Part shown: piece after piece, positions 18,214 to 28,219 of the stretch | How the letters are laid out: every line of letters begins with the position of its first letter | Numbering within the stretch: position 1 is the stretch's first letter | The notes under the pieces: model-generated | Databases searched by the model: none | The model's input: only the letters and a program-made list of their open reading frames with translations | What the model was told of the DNA's origin: nothing | Made by a program: the position numbers and the translations under genes | DNA from: Candidatus Calescamantes bacterium | GTDB taxonomy: Bacteria > CAIJMQ01 > JAADFP01 | Assembly: GCA_021162785.1 (NCBI GenBank) | Contig: JAGGYA010000016.1 | Span: forward strand, 1,533-65,532 | DNA: 64,000 nucleotides | Reading direction: 5' to 3'

Positions 18214-19726
18214 TCACAATATTAGCTTCTTTCTTTTTCTCCTCTATCCACCGCTGAAATTTTATCTCACCTTTTCGCTGCAATAATTCTTTCTTTATTC
18301 TTTTTTTCATCTTTTCCGTAAGATTTTCTAAAGAAGGGAGTTCTAATTTTACAATTTGGAAAATAAATACCCTTTTTCTCCCTTCTATAGGCCCCTCTAT
18401 TATTCCTTCTTTTAATTTGCTTACTTCTTCAATAAATCCCCAGCCTGGGATATAAGTAGGTATTCGTATTTTTTCCTTTTTCTCTTCCGTAAGTTGATAT
18501 TGCTCAACTAAGTTTTTTAAAGGTTCTCCTTTTTCCATTTTTTCTTTAACTTCTTTCATTAATTCTTTTGCTTTTTCTATTTTTTTCTCCTCTTTCCAAG
18601 CCTTTAAAACCTCGGATTTTATCTCCTCCCAAACAGGAAGATACCTTGGTTTTTTCCCAACCACCTTAAAGATTAAGTAACCTTCCCCAATTTTTACAGG
18701 TTCACTGGCTTCGTTTAAGGGTGATCTTTCCACTATGGAAGGGCTTATCCCCAAACGGGAGTATATTTCCTTCTCAAGTATCCAATCTTTTGTTCTAAAC
18801 AGAGGATATTTTTCTTGAACTATTTTCTTCCAGTCTTCTTCATCGAGAAGTTTTACCGAAAGATCAAAAGCTTCATCATTAGCCAATTTCCATGCTTTTT
18901 CAGTTTGGAGCCTTTTCCTAATTTTTTCTTTAGCTTCAGATAATGGAATGAATTCAGTATCGCTTTTTCTAAACTCCTCTTTATGTGAAGAATAATATTC
19001 TCTTATTTCTTCCTCCTTAACCTCTGCAAGCGGTAAAAATTTTTGAAGGGGAACCTTTATCCACTCTAATTTATAAAAAGGACCTTTCCTAAACCTCTCT
19101 TTATTCTCCTCCATGAATTGCTTTAATTCTTCATCAGAAGGTTGCTCCTCTATTTTCACTTTACTTATATCTTTCCCAAGGAGAAGGAGATCGAAAAGAG
19201 AACTTCTCCGTTTATATTCTTCCACCACTTCTTTCTCTCCCACCTTTACGGAAGAAACAATTATATTTTTCAATTTTCCAATGATAATATTTTCCTGAGC
19301 AATTTTCTCCAGCATTCGTAATTCCTCATCCGGTAGCCTTTCTAAATACTCCTTGTGAAACTTCCCTTCACTATCTATAAAATAAGGTAAAGTTTTAAAA
19401 AACTCCACCATCTCTTCCGGAGTAGCTTTTATTCGAAGCTTTTTAGCTTCTTGAAGTAGGATAGATTTTTCTACCAGATTATTGTAGGCCATTTTTCTTA
19501 TCTTTGCAGGGTCTTTAATGAAAGGGAACATTTCTTCTAATGTCCTAACTTCTTCATAAAACTCTTCTACCCAGATAGGTTCACCATTAATCTTAGCCAG
19601 CACATATAATGATTCCCCCCGAGAACGAGAATACCATCCATAAAGGAAAAGGAAGGGTGGGACAATTCCTACAATTGTGGCTATAAGTATAGTTCTGGCT
19701 TTTCTACGGAAGAATTTTAAAAGCAT
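18188..19726 (-). CDS. PpiD/SurA-like periplasmic chaperone (membrane-anchored, degenerate parvulin)
   Basis: N-terminal TM anchor, a SurA_N-like helical region and a parvulin-like ending (SEPVKIGEGYLIFKV) without the GGxLG loop. 512 aa. Confidence 0.6.
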   Translation of the reverse strand: MLLKFFRRKARTILIATIVGIVPPFLFLYGWYSRSRGESLYVLAKINGEPIWVEEFYEEVRTLEEMFPFIKDPAKIRKMAYNNLVEKSILLQEAKKLRIKATPEEMVEFFKTLPYFIDSEGKFHKEYLERLPDEELRMLEKIAQENIIIGKLKNIIVSSVKVGEKEVVEEYKRRSSLFDLLLLGKDISKVKIEEQPSDEELKQFMEENKERFRKGPFYKLEWIKVPLQKFLPLAEVKEEEIREYYSSHKEEFRKSDTEFIPLSEAKEKIRKRLQTEKAWKLANDEAFDLSVKLLDEEDWKKIVQEKYPLFRTKDWILEKEIYSRLGISPSIVERSPLNEASEPVKIGEGYLIFKVVGKKPRYLPVWEEIKSEVLKAWKEEKKIEKAKELMKEVKEKMEKGEPLKNLVEQYQLTEEKKEKIRIPTYIPGWGFIEEVSKLKEGIIEGPIEGRKRVFIFQIVKLELPSLENLTEKMKKRIKKELLQRKGEIKFQRWIEEKKKEANIVIIRKDLLS

Positions 19727-19737
19727 TTCTTTTACCT

Positions 19738-21051
19738 TTAAAGAATATACCGAGAGAGATCAAAATCCTTAACTATATGCGAGAGTTTTTCTCTCACATA
19801 CTTTCTATCCACCACAATTTCCTTCCCTTTGAGTTCGGGAGCGGAGAAAGAGATATCTTCCAGCACCTTTTCCATTACCGTATGTAATCTCCTTGCCCCA
19901 ATATTTTCTGTCCGACTATTCACCTCCTCTGCTATTTTCGCAATCTCCTCTATAGCCTCGGGAAGAAATTTCAACTCTACCCCCTCAGTAGAAAGGAGGG
20001 CAGTATACTGTTTCACTAAGGAATTTTCCGGCTCCACCAGTATCCTTTTAAAATCTTCCTGAGTAAGGGGTTTCAGCTCTACTCGGATAGGAAACCTCCC
20101 TTGCAGTTCTGGAATAAGATCCGAAGGCTTGGAGACATGGAAAGCTCCAGCAGCGATGAAAAGGATATGCTCTGTTCTAACCACTCCATATTTAGTGGGA
20201 ACTGCAGTTCCCTCGATGATAGGGAGTAAGTCTCTTTGAACACCTTCCCGAGACACATCTGGACCAGTTCCAGCTTCTCTACCAGCAATTTTATCCAACT
20301 CATCAATAAACACTATCCCTAAATTTTCTACCCTATAAATAGCTTCTCGGACTACTTCATCCATATCCAGGAGCCTACTCGTCTCCTCCTGAAGCAAAAT
20401 TTTCCTGGCTTCCTTAACCTTTGCTTTCCTTCGCTTTTTCCTTCCCGGCATCATCTTCCCAAAGATTTCTTGAAGATGTATCCCCATTTCCTCCACTCCC
20501 TGAGCAGAGAAAATTTCTACCACAGGGAAAAGTGGAGTTTCCACTTCCAGTTCAACCACCCTTTCCTCCAGTTTTCCTTCTCTTAACATCTTACGTAATT
20601 TTTCCCGGGTATGTTTTCTCTCTTCTTCAGGTATAGGCCCTGGTAAAAGGAGATCAAGAAGTCGCTCTTCCACCATTTCCCTGGCTCTATCCTCTATCAT
20701 CTTGATCTTTTCTTCTTTAACCATACTTACTGCCACATCAGTTAAATCCCTAATAATGGATTCCACATCTCGTCCCACATATCCTACCTCTGTATATTTG
20801 GTAGCTTCTACTTTCAAGAAGGGTGCATTTGCCAGCTTGGCCAGTCGACGAGCAATCTCTGTTTTACCCACACCCGTAGGGCCAATCATTATTATATTCT
20901 TCGGTGCTACTTCATCCCTCAAATGGGGAGGTAAGTTCTGGCGTCTCCAACGATTTCTTAAAGCAATAGCCACACACTTCTTTGCCTCCTCCTGTCCAAT
21001 AATGTATTTATCCAGTTCTTTCACCACTTCTCTGGGTGTTAACTCTTTCAT
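19738..21051 (-). CDS. hslU: ATP-dependent protease ATPase subunit HslU
   Basis: PREIV..LD.YI(I/V)GQ..AK N-terminus, Walker [10 protein letters not shown], Walker B FIDELDK and the I-domain insert. Confidence 0.96.
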   Translation of the reverse strand: MKELTPREVVKELDKYIIGQEEAKKCVAIALRNRWRRQNLPPHLRDEVAPKNIIMIGPTGVGKTEIARRLAKLANAPFLKVEATKYTEVGYVGRDVESIIRDLTDVAVSMVKEEKIKMIEDRAREMVEERLLDLLLPGPIPEEERKHTREKLRKMLREGKLEERVVELEVETPLFPVVEIFSAQGVEEMGIHLQEIFGKMMPGRKKRRKAKVKEARKILLQEETSRLLDMDEVVREAIYRVENLGIVFIDELDKIAGREAGTGPDVSREGVQRDLLPIIEGTAVPTKYGVVRTEHILFIAAGAFHVSKPSDLIPELQGRFPIRVELKPLTQEDFKRILVEPENSLVKQYTALLSTEGVELKFLPEAIEEIAKIAEEVNSRTENIGARRLHTVMEKVLEDISFSAPELKGKEIVVDRKYVREKLSHIVKDFDLSRYIL

Positions 21052-21053
21052 CT

Positions 21054-21578
21054 TTAAATTTCCTCAATTACAAGCTCTTGGTTGGTATAAATACAAATCT
21101 GGGAAGCTATTTTCAGTGACTCCTCAACAATTTTGCGTAAAGGAAGAGAAGTGTGTTTTAAAAGGGCACGCGCAGCAGCAAGAGCAAGATTACCTCCCGA
21201 ACCTATTCCAACAATCCCATCATCAGGTTCAATAACATCTCCATTTCCCGAAATAAGAAATATATGCTGTTGGTCAGCTACCACAAGCAAGGCAGATAGA
21301 CGACGCAAAACTCTATCTGTTCGCCAGTCCCTCGCCACTTCAATGGCAGCACGAGTAAGATTACCCTGGAAGTCTTCCAGTTTACCTTCGAAACGTTCAA
21401 GTAAAGTTAAAGCATCTGCTGTAGCACCAGAAAATCCCACAAGAACTCTACCACCATAAATCTTCCGCACCTTTTTAGCCCGGGTTTTCACCACTCCATC
21501 ACCCAGCGTTACCTGCCCATCTCCTCCTATTACTGCTTTCCCATCTCTTACAATGCAGAGGATTGTTGTCCCCTTCAT
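21054..21578 (-). CDS. hslV: ATP-dependent protease subunit HslV
   Basis: [24 protein letters not shown]... with the catalytic Thr near the N-terminus. The start is set at 21578, not the ORF-track 21659, whose extension is hydrophobic junk overlapping the pgm gene. Confidence 0.92.
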   Translation of the reverse strand: MKGTTILCIVRDGKAVIGGDGQVTLGDGVVKTRAKKVRKIYGGRVLVGFSGATADALTLLERFEGKLEDFQGNLTRAAIEVARDWRTDRVLRRLSALLVVADQQHIFLISGNGDVIEPDDGIVGIGSGGNLALAAARALLKHTSLPLRKIVEESLKIASQICIYTNQELVIEEI

Positions 21579-21585
21579 GCTAATA

Positions 21586-21594
21586 ATGATAACA
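21586..21594 (-). promoter_or_regulatory. Extended -10 (TGtTATCAT) 7 nt upstream of the hslV ATG
   Basis: The minus strand reads TGtTATCAT-tattagc-ATG. There is no SD. Confidence 0.35.
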
Positions 21595-21599
21595 CAAAC

Positions 21600-21608
21600 T
21601 GGTATAAT
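21600..21608 (+). promoter_or_regulatory. Extended -10 promoter (TGgTATAAT) for the phosphomannomutase/phosphoglucomutase gene
   Basis: TGgTATAAT at 21600-21608. The leader that follows carries AGGAGG 5 nt before the ATG at 21633. Confidence 0.5.
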
Positions 21609-21632
21609 ATGCTTAAAATAAAGGAGGTAATC

Positions 21633-22997
21633 ATGATTAAGAAAGAGATCTTCCGTCAATACGATATCCGGGGTATTGTAGGTGAAGACCTTACTCCTGA
21701 GGTAGCGGAGTATATTGGTAAAGCCTTTGGAACATATTTGAGAGAAAGGGGAGGAAAGAGTGTCTGTGTTGGGAAAGATGTGCGTATCTCTTCCCCAGCT
21801 CTTAAGGATAGTCTTGTTAGTGGGCTTTTATCCACAGGGGTAAAAGTCATCGATGTAGGTACGGTTCCTACTCCTGTTCTCTATTTTTCTATCCATCATT
21901 TCTCTGCAGATGGTGGGATTATGGTTACCGGGAGTCATAATCCCATTGAATATAACGGATTTAAAATCTGCCATGGGCTTTTCTCAATTTATGGAGAGGA
22001 AATTCAAAATTTAAGAAGAAAAATAGAAAGAGAAGAATTTTTAGAGGGTAAGGGAGAATATTGTGAAGAAGACCCACGTCCAGCTTACATAGACACTTTA
22101 AGCTCCTTAGTAAAGATAAAAAATAACCTGAAAGTAGTTGTAGATGCAGGAAATGGAACCGCAGGAAGTATTGTAAAACCACTATTTGAAAAATTAGGTA
22201 TTAAACTCATTGGATTATATATGGAACCTGATGGAAGATTTCCTCATCATCTTCCAGATCCAACTATCCCAGCTTATATGGAAGATCTAATTAAAAAAGT
22301 GAAAGAGGTGGGAGCCACTGTAGGTATTGGTTATGATGGTGATGCGGATAGAATAGGAGCAGTAGATGAAAAGGGAGAAATTGTGTGGGGAGATAAACTA
22401 TTGGCTCTATTCTCGAAGAAAGTTCTCAAGGAACATCCGGGAAGTACTATCATTATGGATGTTAAATGTTCCCAAGGGGTGGTGGAATACATCCAAAAGC
22501 TTGGGGGTAATCCTTTAATCTGGAAGACTGGTCATTCCCTTATAAAGGAAAAAATGAAAAAAGAAAAGGCTCTCTTAGCTGGAGAAATGAGTGGACATAT
22601 GTTTTTTGCTGATAATTACTTGGGATTTGACGATGCTATCTTTGCTTCGCTTCGGCTTCTGGAAATCCTTTCTGAAGAAAACAAGCCTCTATCTGAATTA
22701 GTCAAAGAAATCCCTTATTATTATTCCACCCCGGAAATTAGAGTAGATTGTCCGGAAGATAAAAAGTTTCAGGTAGTTAATGAATTAAAAGAATATTTTG
22801 CCAAACGATATCCCATTATAGATGTGGATGGAGTAAGATTCATCACCTCAAAGGGATGGGGATTAATAAGAGCCTCAAACACTCAGCCTATATTAGTTCT
22901 AAGATTTGAGGCAAAAGAAAGATCCGTTCTTGAGGACCTCAAGAATGAAGTGAAGGAAAAACTTAAAGATTACCCTTTCTTACCCTTAGATTGGTAA
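21633..22997 (+). CDS. Phosphomannomutase/phosphoglucomutase
   Basis: FRQYDIRG N-terminus, phosphoserine loop TGSHNP, the metal site GYDGDADR and the GEMSGH loop. The start is set at 21633 (strong SD). The ORF-track ATG at 21609 abuts the -10 box. Confidence 0.9.
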   Translation: MIKKEIFRQYDIRGIVGEDLTPEVAEYIGKAFGTYLRERGGKSVCVGKDVRISSPALKDSLVSGLLSTGVKVIDVGTVPTPVLYFSIHHFSADGGIMVTGSHNPIEYNGFKICHGLFSIYGEEIQNLRRKIEREEFLEGKGEYCEEDPRPAYIDTLSSLVKIKNNLKVVVDAGNGTAGSIVKPLFEKLGIKLIGLYMEPDGRFPHHLPDPTIPAYMEDLIKKVKEVGATVGIGYDGDADRIGAVDEKGEIVWGDKLLALFSKKVLKEHPGSTIIMDVKCSQGVVEYIQKLGGNPLIWKTGHSLIKEKMKKEKALLAGEMSGHMFFADNYLGFDDAIFASLRLLEILSEENKPLSELVKEIPYYYSTPEIRVDCPEDKKFQVVNELKEYFAKRYPIIDVDGVRFITSKGWGLIRASNTQPILVLRFEAKERSVLEDLKNEVKEKLKDYPFLPLDW

Positions 22998-22999
22998 GT

Positions 23000-23028
23000 T
23001 TGACACTCCTATTCTCTCACCCTATAAT
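23000..23028 (+). promoter_or_regulatory. Perfect-consensus sigma-70 promoter for lysS
   Basis: TTGACA (23000-23005), a 17-nt spacer, then TATAAT (23023-23028). Only 8 nt (acccaatt) separate the -10 from the ATG at 23037, and there is no SD. Confidence 0.6.
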
Positions 23029-23036
23029 ACCCAATT

Positions 23037-24461
23037 ATGGAAGAGGAAATTATAGAAATCCGCAAAAAGAAACTGGAAAACTGGAAAAAGTCTGGAATAT
23101 ATCCTTATGGCCATCGCTTTCTTCCCATAGTGGAAATTAAAAATATCAAGGAAAACTACTCGGATTGGGAAGGTAAAAGGGCTAAAGTAGCGGGAAGAAT
23201 AATGAGCATTAGAGAGCATGGAAAAACCACCTTTATGGATATCCTCGATGAAAAAGAAAAAATCCAGATTTATTTTAGAAAAGATACCTTAGGAGAAGAA
23301 AACTACTCCAAGATCGATTGGCTTGACATTGGTGATGTTCTTGGTGTGGAAGGGGATGTCTTCAAAACCAGGACAGGTGAAATCACTATCCTGGTAAAAG
23401 GATTCGTCCTCCTATCCAAATGTCTCCATCCACTGCCTCAAAAATGGTTTGGATTGAAAGATGTGGAGAAGAGATTTAGGCAGAGATATCTTGATCTCAT
23501 CGTTAATCAGAGAGTAAGAGAAATATTTCGAATAAGAAGTAAAACCATCTCCTTATTGAGGAAGATTTTGGAAGAAAAGGGTTTCCAGGAAGTGGAAACC
23601 CCAATGATGCATCCCATTCCGGGTGGTGCTCTTGCTGAACCCTTTGTTACTCACCATTCTGCATTGGATATGGACCTTTATCTCCGTATTGCACCTGAAC
23701 TTTATCTGAAGAGACTCGTAGTGGGGGGGTTAGAAAAAATCTTTGAAATTAACCGTTGTTTCCGTAATGAAGGTGTTTCCTCTCGCCATAACCCCGAATT
23801 TACCATGATGGAACTTTACTGGGCATATGCTAACTATCAGGATTTGATGGCGTTAACAGAAGAGTTAATTTGTAGAATTGTGAAGGAACTCTTCAACACC
23901 CTGAAAATCACTTATCAAGGGAAGGAAATTGACTTTACATCTCCCTGGGCAAGGATTACCTTTACCGACGCAATGAAGAAATTTGCTGGGATTGACTGGA
24001 GAAAAGAGGAAGAAGTAAAGAAAAAAGCTGAGGAAATAGGAGAAAAAGGAACATATCGGAAAATGCTTGATGGTATTTTTAAAAAGAAAGTAGTCCCCTC
24101 TATCACTCAACCCACTTTTATAATTGACTATCCCCTCATTTTATCCCCTCTGGCTAAAAGGAAAGAGAAAGATTTGACTGAAAGATTCCAACCTATAATT
24201 GCTGGATTGGAAGTGGGAAATGCCTACACAGAATTAAATGATCCTCAGGAACAGAAAGAGAGGTTTTTAATGCAAATGGAAGAGAAGAAAAAAGGAGATA
24301 AAGAAGCTCATCCATTCGACGAGGAGTTTATATTAGCACTGGAGTATGGTATGCCACCCGTGGCGGGATTGGGACTGGGTATGGATAGACTTATAATGAT
24401 TCTGACTGACTCTCCTTCCATTCGGGAAGTCATTCTTTTCCCCCTTCTTAAACCAGTATGA
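23037..24461 (+). CDS. lysS: Lysyl-tRNA synthetase, class II
   Basis: OB-fold anticodon-binding domain and class II motifs 1-3 (RYLDL, FRNEG...HNPEFT, GLGMDRL). Confidence 0.96.
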   Translation: MEEEIIEIRKKKLENWKKSGIYPYGHRFLPIVEIKNIKENYSDWEGKRAKVAGRIMSIREHGKTTFMDILDEKEKIQIYFRKDTLGEENYSKIDWLDIGDVLGVEGDVFKTRTGEITILVKGFVLLSKCLHPLPQKWFGLKDVEKRFRQRYLDLIVNQRVREIFRIRSKTISLLRKILEEKGFQEVETPMMHPIPGGALAEPFVTHHSALDMDLYLRIAPELYLKRLVVGGLEKIFEINRCFRNEGVSSRHNPEFTMMELYWAYANYQDLMALTEELICRIVKELFNTLKITYQGKEIDFTSPWARITFTDAMKKFAGIDWRKEEEVKKKAEEIGEKGTYRKMLDGIFKKKVVPSITQPTFIIDYPLILSPLAKRKEKDLTERFQPIIAGLEVGNAYTELNDPQEQKERFLMQMEEKKKGDKEAHPFDEEFILALEYGMPPVAGLGLGMDRLIMILTDSPSIREVILFPLLKPV

Positions 24462-25582
24462 ATCCTATTCTTTTCTTGGCTTTAAGGAGTCTTAAAGGGC
24501 GCCATGGGTTTTCCCACTCTTTTTTCTCTTTTTTAATATCCCTCACCGTTATCACGGTAGGAATCTCCGCAATTATTGTGGTCACTGGTGTAATGAGCGG
24601 TTTCCATGAAGAGTTCCTTAAAAGATTACTGGTCTTTAAACCCCACCTTTATCTTACCTCTCCCCAGGCAATTCCTTACCCTCAGAAATGGATCATGGAG
24701 CTTCGCAATTTCAAAGAGATAAAGGAAGTTTCACCAGTTATATGGGGAGAAGGGATATTAAAAACCCTCTCTGGTGAAAGGGCAAAAGGGGTAATAGTAA
24801 AAGGAGTATTGGGGAAAGAAAAAAAGGTACTCTTAGGAAAAGAATTAGCCTCTTATTTGGGTGTAGCTCCCGGTGAAGATGTTTTTTTAGTTACTTCTTC
24901 CCTCTCCGGTGAAGTCTTGAAAATAAATGGTGTTTTAACTACGGGAATTTACCAGCTGGATTCATCCTTAGTCATCCTCCCCTTACCTCTTGCTCAGAAA
25001 GTATTTAAAATGAAAGGGCTGATTAGTGGGGTGGAGTTAAAACTCTTTCATCCTTCTCGAGTAGAAAGAATAAAAGAAGAAATTGAAAGCTTATTACCAC
25101 CTTTCTATTATGCTCGCACATGGAAGGAAATGGATGCAGTATTCTTCTCCGCTTTGAAACTTGAAAAAATTACCATGTTTACAATTCTCTCCATTCTTTT
25201 TTTTGTAGCCACATTTAGCATTTCTTCCTCTCTAATTGTAAAAGTTACTGAGAGAAAAAGAGAAATTGGGATTTTAAGAACAGTTGGTTTCACTCCTGAG
25301 GAAATAAAAAAGATTTTTCTTACAGAGGGGCTTTTTATAGCCCTTACCGGTTGGGTGGGGGGAAGCTTACTTGCTATTATCATAGAAGTAATAATTAAAA
25401 TTTTCAAACCAGTCTCTTTACCCCAGGCCATTTACTCCATAAATTATCTCCCCGTAAAAATTGAACCAGGCATGTATCTTCTCATGTTATGCTTTTCAGT
25501 TCTTACCACTCTTTTAGCCACGGTTTTCCCTGCCATAAAAGCCTCACGACTGGATGTATCTGAAATTATTCGTTATGAGTGA
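24458..25582 (+). CDS. FtsX-family ABC permease (LolC/LolE-like)
   Basis: N-terminal TM, a large periplasmic loop and a C-terminal FtsX domain (REIGILRTVGF). It is followed by a LolD-like ATPase. Confidence 0.8.
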   Translation: MNPILFLALRSLKGRHGFSHSFFSFLISLTVITVGISAIIVVTGVMSGFHEEFLKRLLVFKPHLYLTSPQAIPYPQKWIMELRNFKEIKEVSPVIWGEGILKTLSGERAKGVIVKGVLGKEKKVLLGKELASYLGVAPGEDVFLVTSSLSGEVLKINGVLTTGIYQLDSSLVILPLPLAQKVFKMKGLISGVELKLFHPSRVERIKEEIESLLPPFYYARTWKEMDAVFFSALKLEKITMFTILSILFFVATFSISSSLIVKVTERKREIGILRTVGFTPEEIKKIFLTEGLFIALTGWVGGSLLAIIIEVIIKIFKPVSLPQAIYSINYLPVKIEPGMYLLMLCFSVLTTLLATVFPAIKASRLDVSEIIRYE

Positions 25583-26261
25583 GGATCTTTTGATAAAAGG
25601 TGTAAATATTCAAAAAACTTTTTTCAGTGGAAATGTAAAAACAGAAGTCATCCGGGGAATAGAGATTGAGATTAAAAAAGAAGACTATGTGGTAATTTTT
25701 GGCCCTTCTGGTGCAGGTAAAACCACTTTGCTCCATATAATTGCTGGTCTTCTTTCACCCACAAAAGGTAAAGTCCTCTGGAAAGGAGAGGATATTTACT
25801 CTATGAGTGAAGAGAGGCGTTCCCTATGGAGAAGGGAAAATATTGGGTTTATCTTTCAATTTTTTCATCTCCTTCCAGATTTAACTCTGGAGGAAAACGT
25901 CCTCATAGCGGGTTGGAAAAAATGGGGGAAAAAGGAAGCAAAAAGGAGAGCAGAAGAACTTCTGGAAAAACTGGGATTAAAAAGAATAGCCCATCGTTAC
26001 CCTTCTCAAGTATCGGGAGGCGAAAAACAGCGAACAGCTATTGCCAGAGCATTGATAAATGAACCTTCTCTTATCTTAGCGGATGAGCCAACAGGGAATG
26101 TAGATTCGGTAACTGGGAAGGAGATTCGGGGTTTACTGGAGAAATTAAGAGAAGAAAAAGGAACCGCACTGGTTGTAGCTACTCACCGAGAAGACTGGAA
26201 AGAATCTGGAGGGAAGATTTTTTTTCTGGAAGATGGGAAAATAATAAAAAGGAAAAAATGA
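25575..26261 (+). CDS. ABC transporter ATP-binding protein (LolD-like)
   Basis: Walker A GPSGAGKTT, signature VSGGEKQR and Walker B ILADEPT. The start at 25575 (MSEDLL...) overlaps the permease stop by 8 nt. Confidence 0.88.
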   Translation: MSEDLLIKGVNIQKTFFSGNVKTEVIRGIEIEIKKEDYVVIFGPSGAGKTTLLHIIAGLLSPTKGKVLWKGEDIYSMSEERRSLWRRENIGFIFQFFHLLPDLTLEENVLIAGWKKWGKKEAKRRAEELLEKLGLKRIAHRYPSQVSGGEKQRTAIARALINEPSLILADEPTGNVDSVTGKEIRGLLEKLREEKGTALVVATHREDWKESGGKIFFLEDGKIIKRKK

Positions 26262-26995
26262 GGAGGGAAAAAATGGTTAGAAGTAAAGATTTAAATCCCT
26301 GGTTAGAAGAGAGGAGAGAAGAGTACATGCGGGATATGATAGAAAATTTTTTCTACTGTAAAAGCATTTTTGACCAGCAATGGAAAAAGTTCCAAAAGGA
26401 AGGAAAAGTGGATTGGGAAGTTTTAGCAACTTTCATAGGAACTGCGGAGGAAAAAGGGGATCTCTGGCAACTTAAAGACCTCACCCATTCATTACTGGAT
26501 CGACCTACAGAAAAATTAACCCATGAATTTGCGTTTGAAAGATGCATTCATCTTTTATTCCATGATTTGATGAGTTTTAAAGAACATGTATATGTGCTTT
26601 ATCAGTATAAAGATATTTTGGCAAAAAGGCCTTCTTCTAAGGATAAAGAACTAACCCTTGCTCTCAAAAATTTTGAAGAAATGATTCTCACAATGGAAAA
26701 GGAAATTCCGCGAGAAATGGAACTTGCTCGCAAATTATTTGATATTGCCACCAGTCTTCTTCGGGCTATTCTACCCCGCTTAAAGGACAATATTTTGATC
26801 GTGAAATTCATTATAGAAGAAAAAAGGACATTAGAGAAACATTATGGAAAAGGAGTTGTGGAGGAAATGTTGAAAGAAATGTTTGAAGGTAAACCTGAGG
26901 AGGGATACAAAGCCCTTATTGGGTGGTATAAGAAGAGGGGAAGGGAAGCCCTGGCTACAAAATTTGAACGCCAAGCAAAAAAATCTTCATCTTAA
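26258..26995 (+). CDS. Hypothetical all-helical cytoplasmic protein
   Basis: 245-aa ORF with host-like K/E-rich composition and a 4-nt overlap with the upstream ATPase gene. I recognise no motif. Confidence 0.5.
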   Translation: MRREKMVRSKDLNPWLEERREEYMRDMIENFFYCKSIFDQQWKKFQKEGKVDWEVLATFIGTAEEKGDLWQLKDLTHSLLDRPTEKLTHEFAFERCIHLLFHDLMSFKEHVYVLYQYKDILAKRPSSKDKELTLALKNFEEMILTMEKEIPREMELARKLFDIATSLLRAILPRLKDNILIVKFIIEEKRTLEKHYGKGVVEEMLKEMFEGKPEEGYKALIGWYKKRGREALATKFERQAKKSSS

Positions 26996-26998
26996 CCT

Positions 26999-27841
26999 AT
27001 GTTTGACCTTTATCTGGTAGATTACCATTTACATACTTCTCTTTCCGGCCATGCTGAAGGGGATATGGAAGAATATGTTGAGACTGCTATAAGAAAAGGG
27101 TTGAAAGAGATCGGTTTTTGTGATCATGCCCCCTTACCAGAAAAGTTTCCTTTTCCTAACAAAGAGTCTCTATCCATTCCTCTCTCTAAGTTCCCTTCCT
27201 ATGTTAAAAAAGTTCTTGATTTAAGAAAAGCATATCCTGAAATTAAAATAAAATTAGGTTGTGAGATTGACTATATCCCAAACTACATAGAAGAAACCTT
27301 AACCCTTGTGAAAAATTTTCCTTTTGATTACTTAATGCTTTCTTTACATTTTCTTGGGAAATACCCAATAGACCATCCTCATTTTCAGGAAGTTTGGGAA
27401 AAACTGGGGAAAGACAAAGTTTTCCAATCATATTTTGAAACACTCGGGGACGCAATTTCCTTAGGTGAATTCGATGTCTTAGCCCACCCTGATTTACCAA
27501 AAAAATTTGGTTACCAACCCTCGTTTCCTTTACTTCCTTTTTATAAAAAAATTTCCTCACTTTTAAAGAATAATGAGATGGTAGTGGAAGTGAATACTGC
27601 AGGTTTAAGAAAACCAGTAGGTGAAATATATCCTTCCCTATCCTTCCTTCAGATTCTAAAGGAAAACCAAGTACCCATTACTTTTGGCTCAGATGCTCAT
27701 TCTCCTAAGGAAGTTGGCTGGAAAATTGGAGAAGCATATGAATGGGCAAAATCAGCAGGATACAGTGAATTTGCTATTTGGGAGAGGAGAGGATATTCTC
27801 TCCATCCTATAGGATGTGTTTTTAAGAAAATTGTGTCATAA
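26999..27841 (+). CDS. PHP-family histidinol-phosphatase-like hydrolase
   Basis: DYHLHTSLSGHA N-terminal metal motif, FCDHAP and later His/Asp ligands (LAHPD, FGSDAH), typical of HisJ/HisK PHP phosphatases. Confidence 0.8.
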   Translation: MFDLYLVDYHLHTSLSGHAEGDMEEYVETAIRKGLKEIGFCDHAPLPEKFPFPNKESLSIPLSKFPSYVKKVLDLRKAYPEIKIKLGCEIDYIPNYIEETLTLVKNFPFDYLMLSLHFLGKYPIDHPHFQEVWEKLGKDKVFQSYFETLGDAISLGEFDVLAHPDLPKKFGYQPSFPLLPFYKKISSLLKNNEMVVEVNTAGLRKPVGEIYPSLSFLQILKENQVPITFGSDAHSPKEVGWKIGEAYEWAKSAGYSEFAIWERRGYSLHPIGCVFKKIVS

Positions 27842-27852
27842 TACATCAAGAT

Positions 27853-28218
27853 ATGGGTATTGAAGGTATAGGTATAGATATAGTAGAAATAGAAAGATTT
27901 AAAAAAATTATTGAAAAATATGGAGAGAAATTCATAAGAAGAGTTTTCCATGAAAAAGAAATCTCCTCCTCCCATTCCATTAATACACTTGCAGGGAAAT
28001 TTGCTGGAAAAGAAGCGATTATGAAAATGCTTGGAACTGGTTGGAGGGGTATAAAATGGAGAGAAATTAAAATTTTGAAATCTTCCAATGGTAAGCCTTA
28101 TGTGGAACTGGAAGGAAATGCCAAAAAGATCTGTGAAGACTTAGGGATTAAAAAGATCCAGGTGAGTATATCTCATATCCGTAGCTTAGCCTGTGCCTTT
28201 GCAATAGGAGAAACTTAA
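27853..28218 (+). CDS. acpS: Holo-ACP synthase
   Basis: GIGIDIVEIERF N-terminus, FAGKEA(I)MK motif. 121 aa. Confidence 0.92.
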   Translation: MGIEGIGIDIVEIERFKKIIEKYGEKFIRRVFHEKEISSSHSINTLAGKFAGKEAIMKMLGTGWRGIKWREIKILKSSNGKPYVELEGNAKKICEDLGIKKIQVSISHIRSLACAFAIGET

Positions 28219-28219
28219 A

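Noticed and set aside
20702-21235. A 177-aa plus-strand ORF spanning the hslU/hslV junction, plus other antisense ORFs inside infB, rpoD, ileS, mfd and others.
   Set aside because: They lie entirely within strongly supported conserved genes on the opposite strand and have no recognisable motifs.
21579-21836. A possible replication origin: gene orientation switches from minus to plus at 21579-21632, and a perfect DnaA box TTATCCACA lies at 21828-21836.
   Set aside because: There is only one box, inside the phosphomannomutase coding region. About 0.5 occurrences of any 9-mer are expected by chance in 64 kb on both strands. There is no box cluster and no adjacent dnaA/dnaN. The 54-nt gap is fully accounted for by two promoters.
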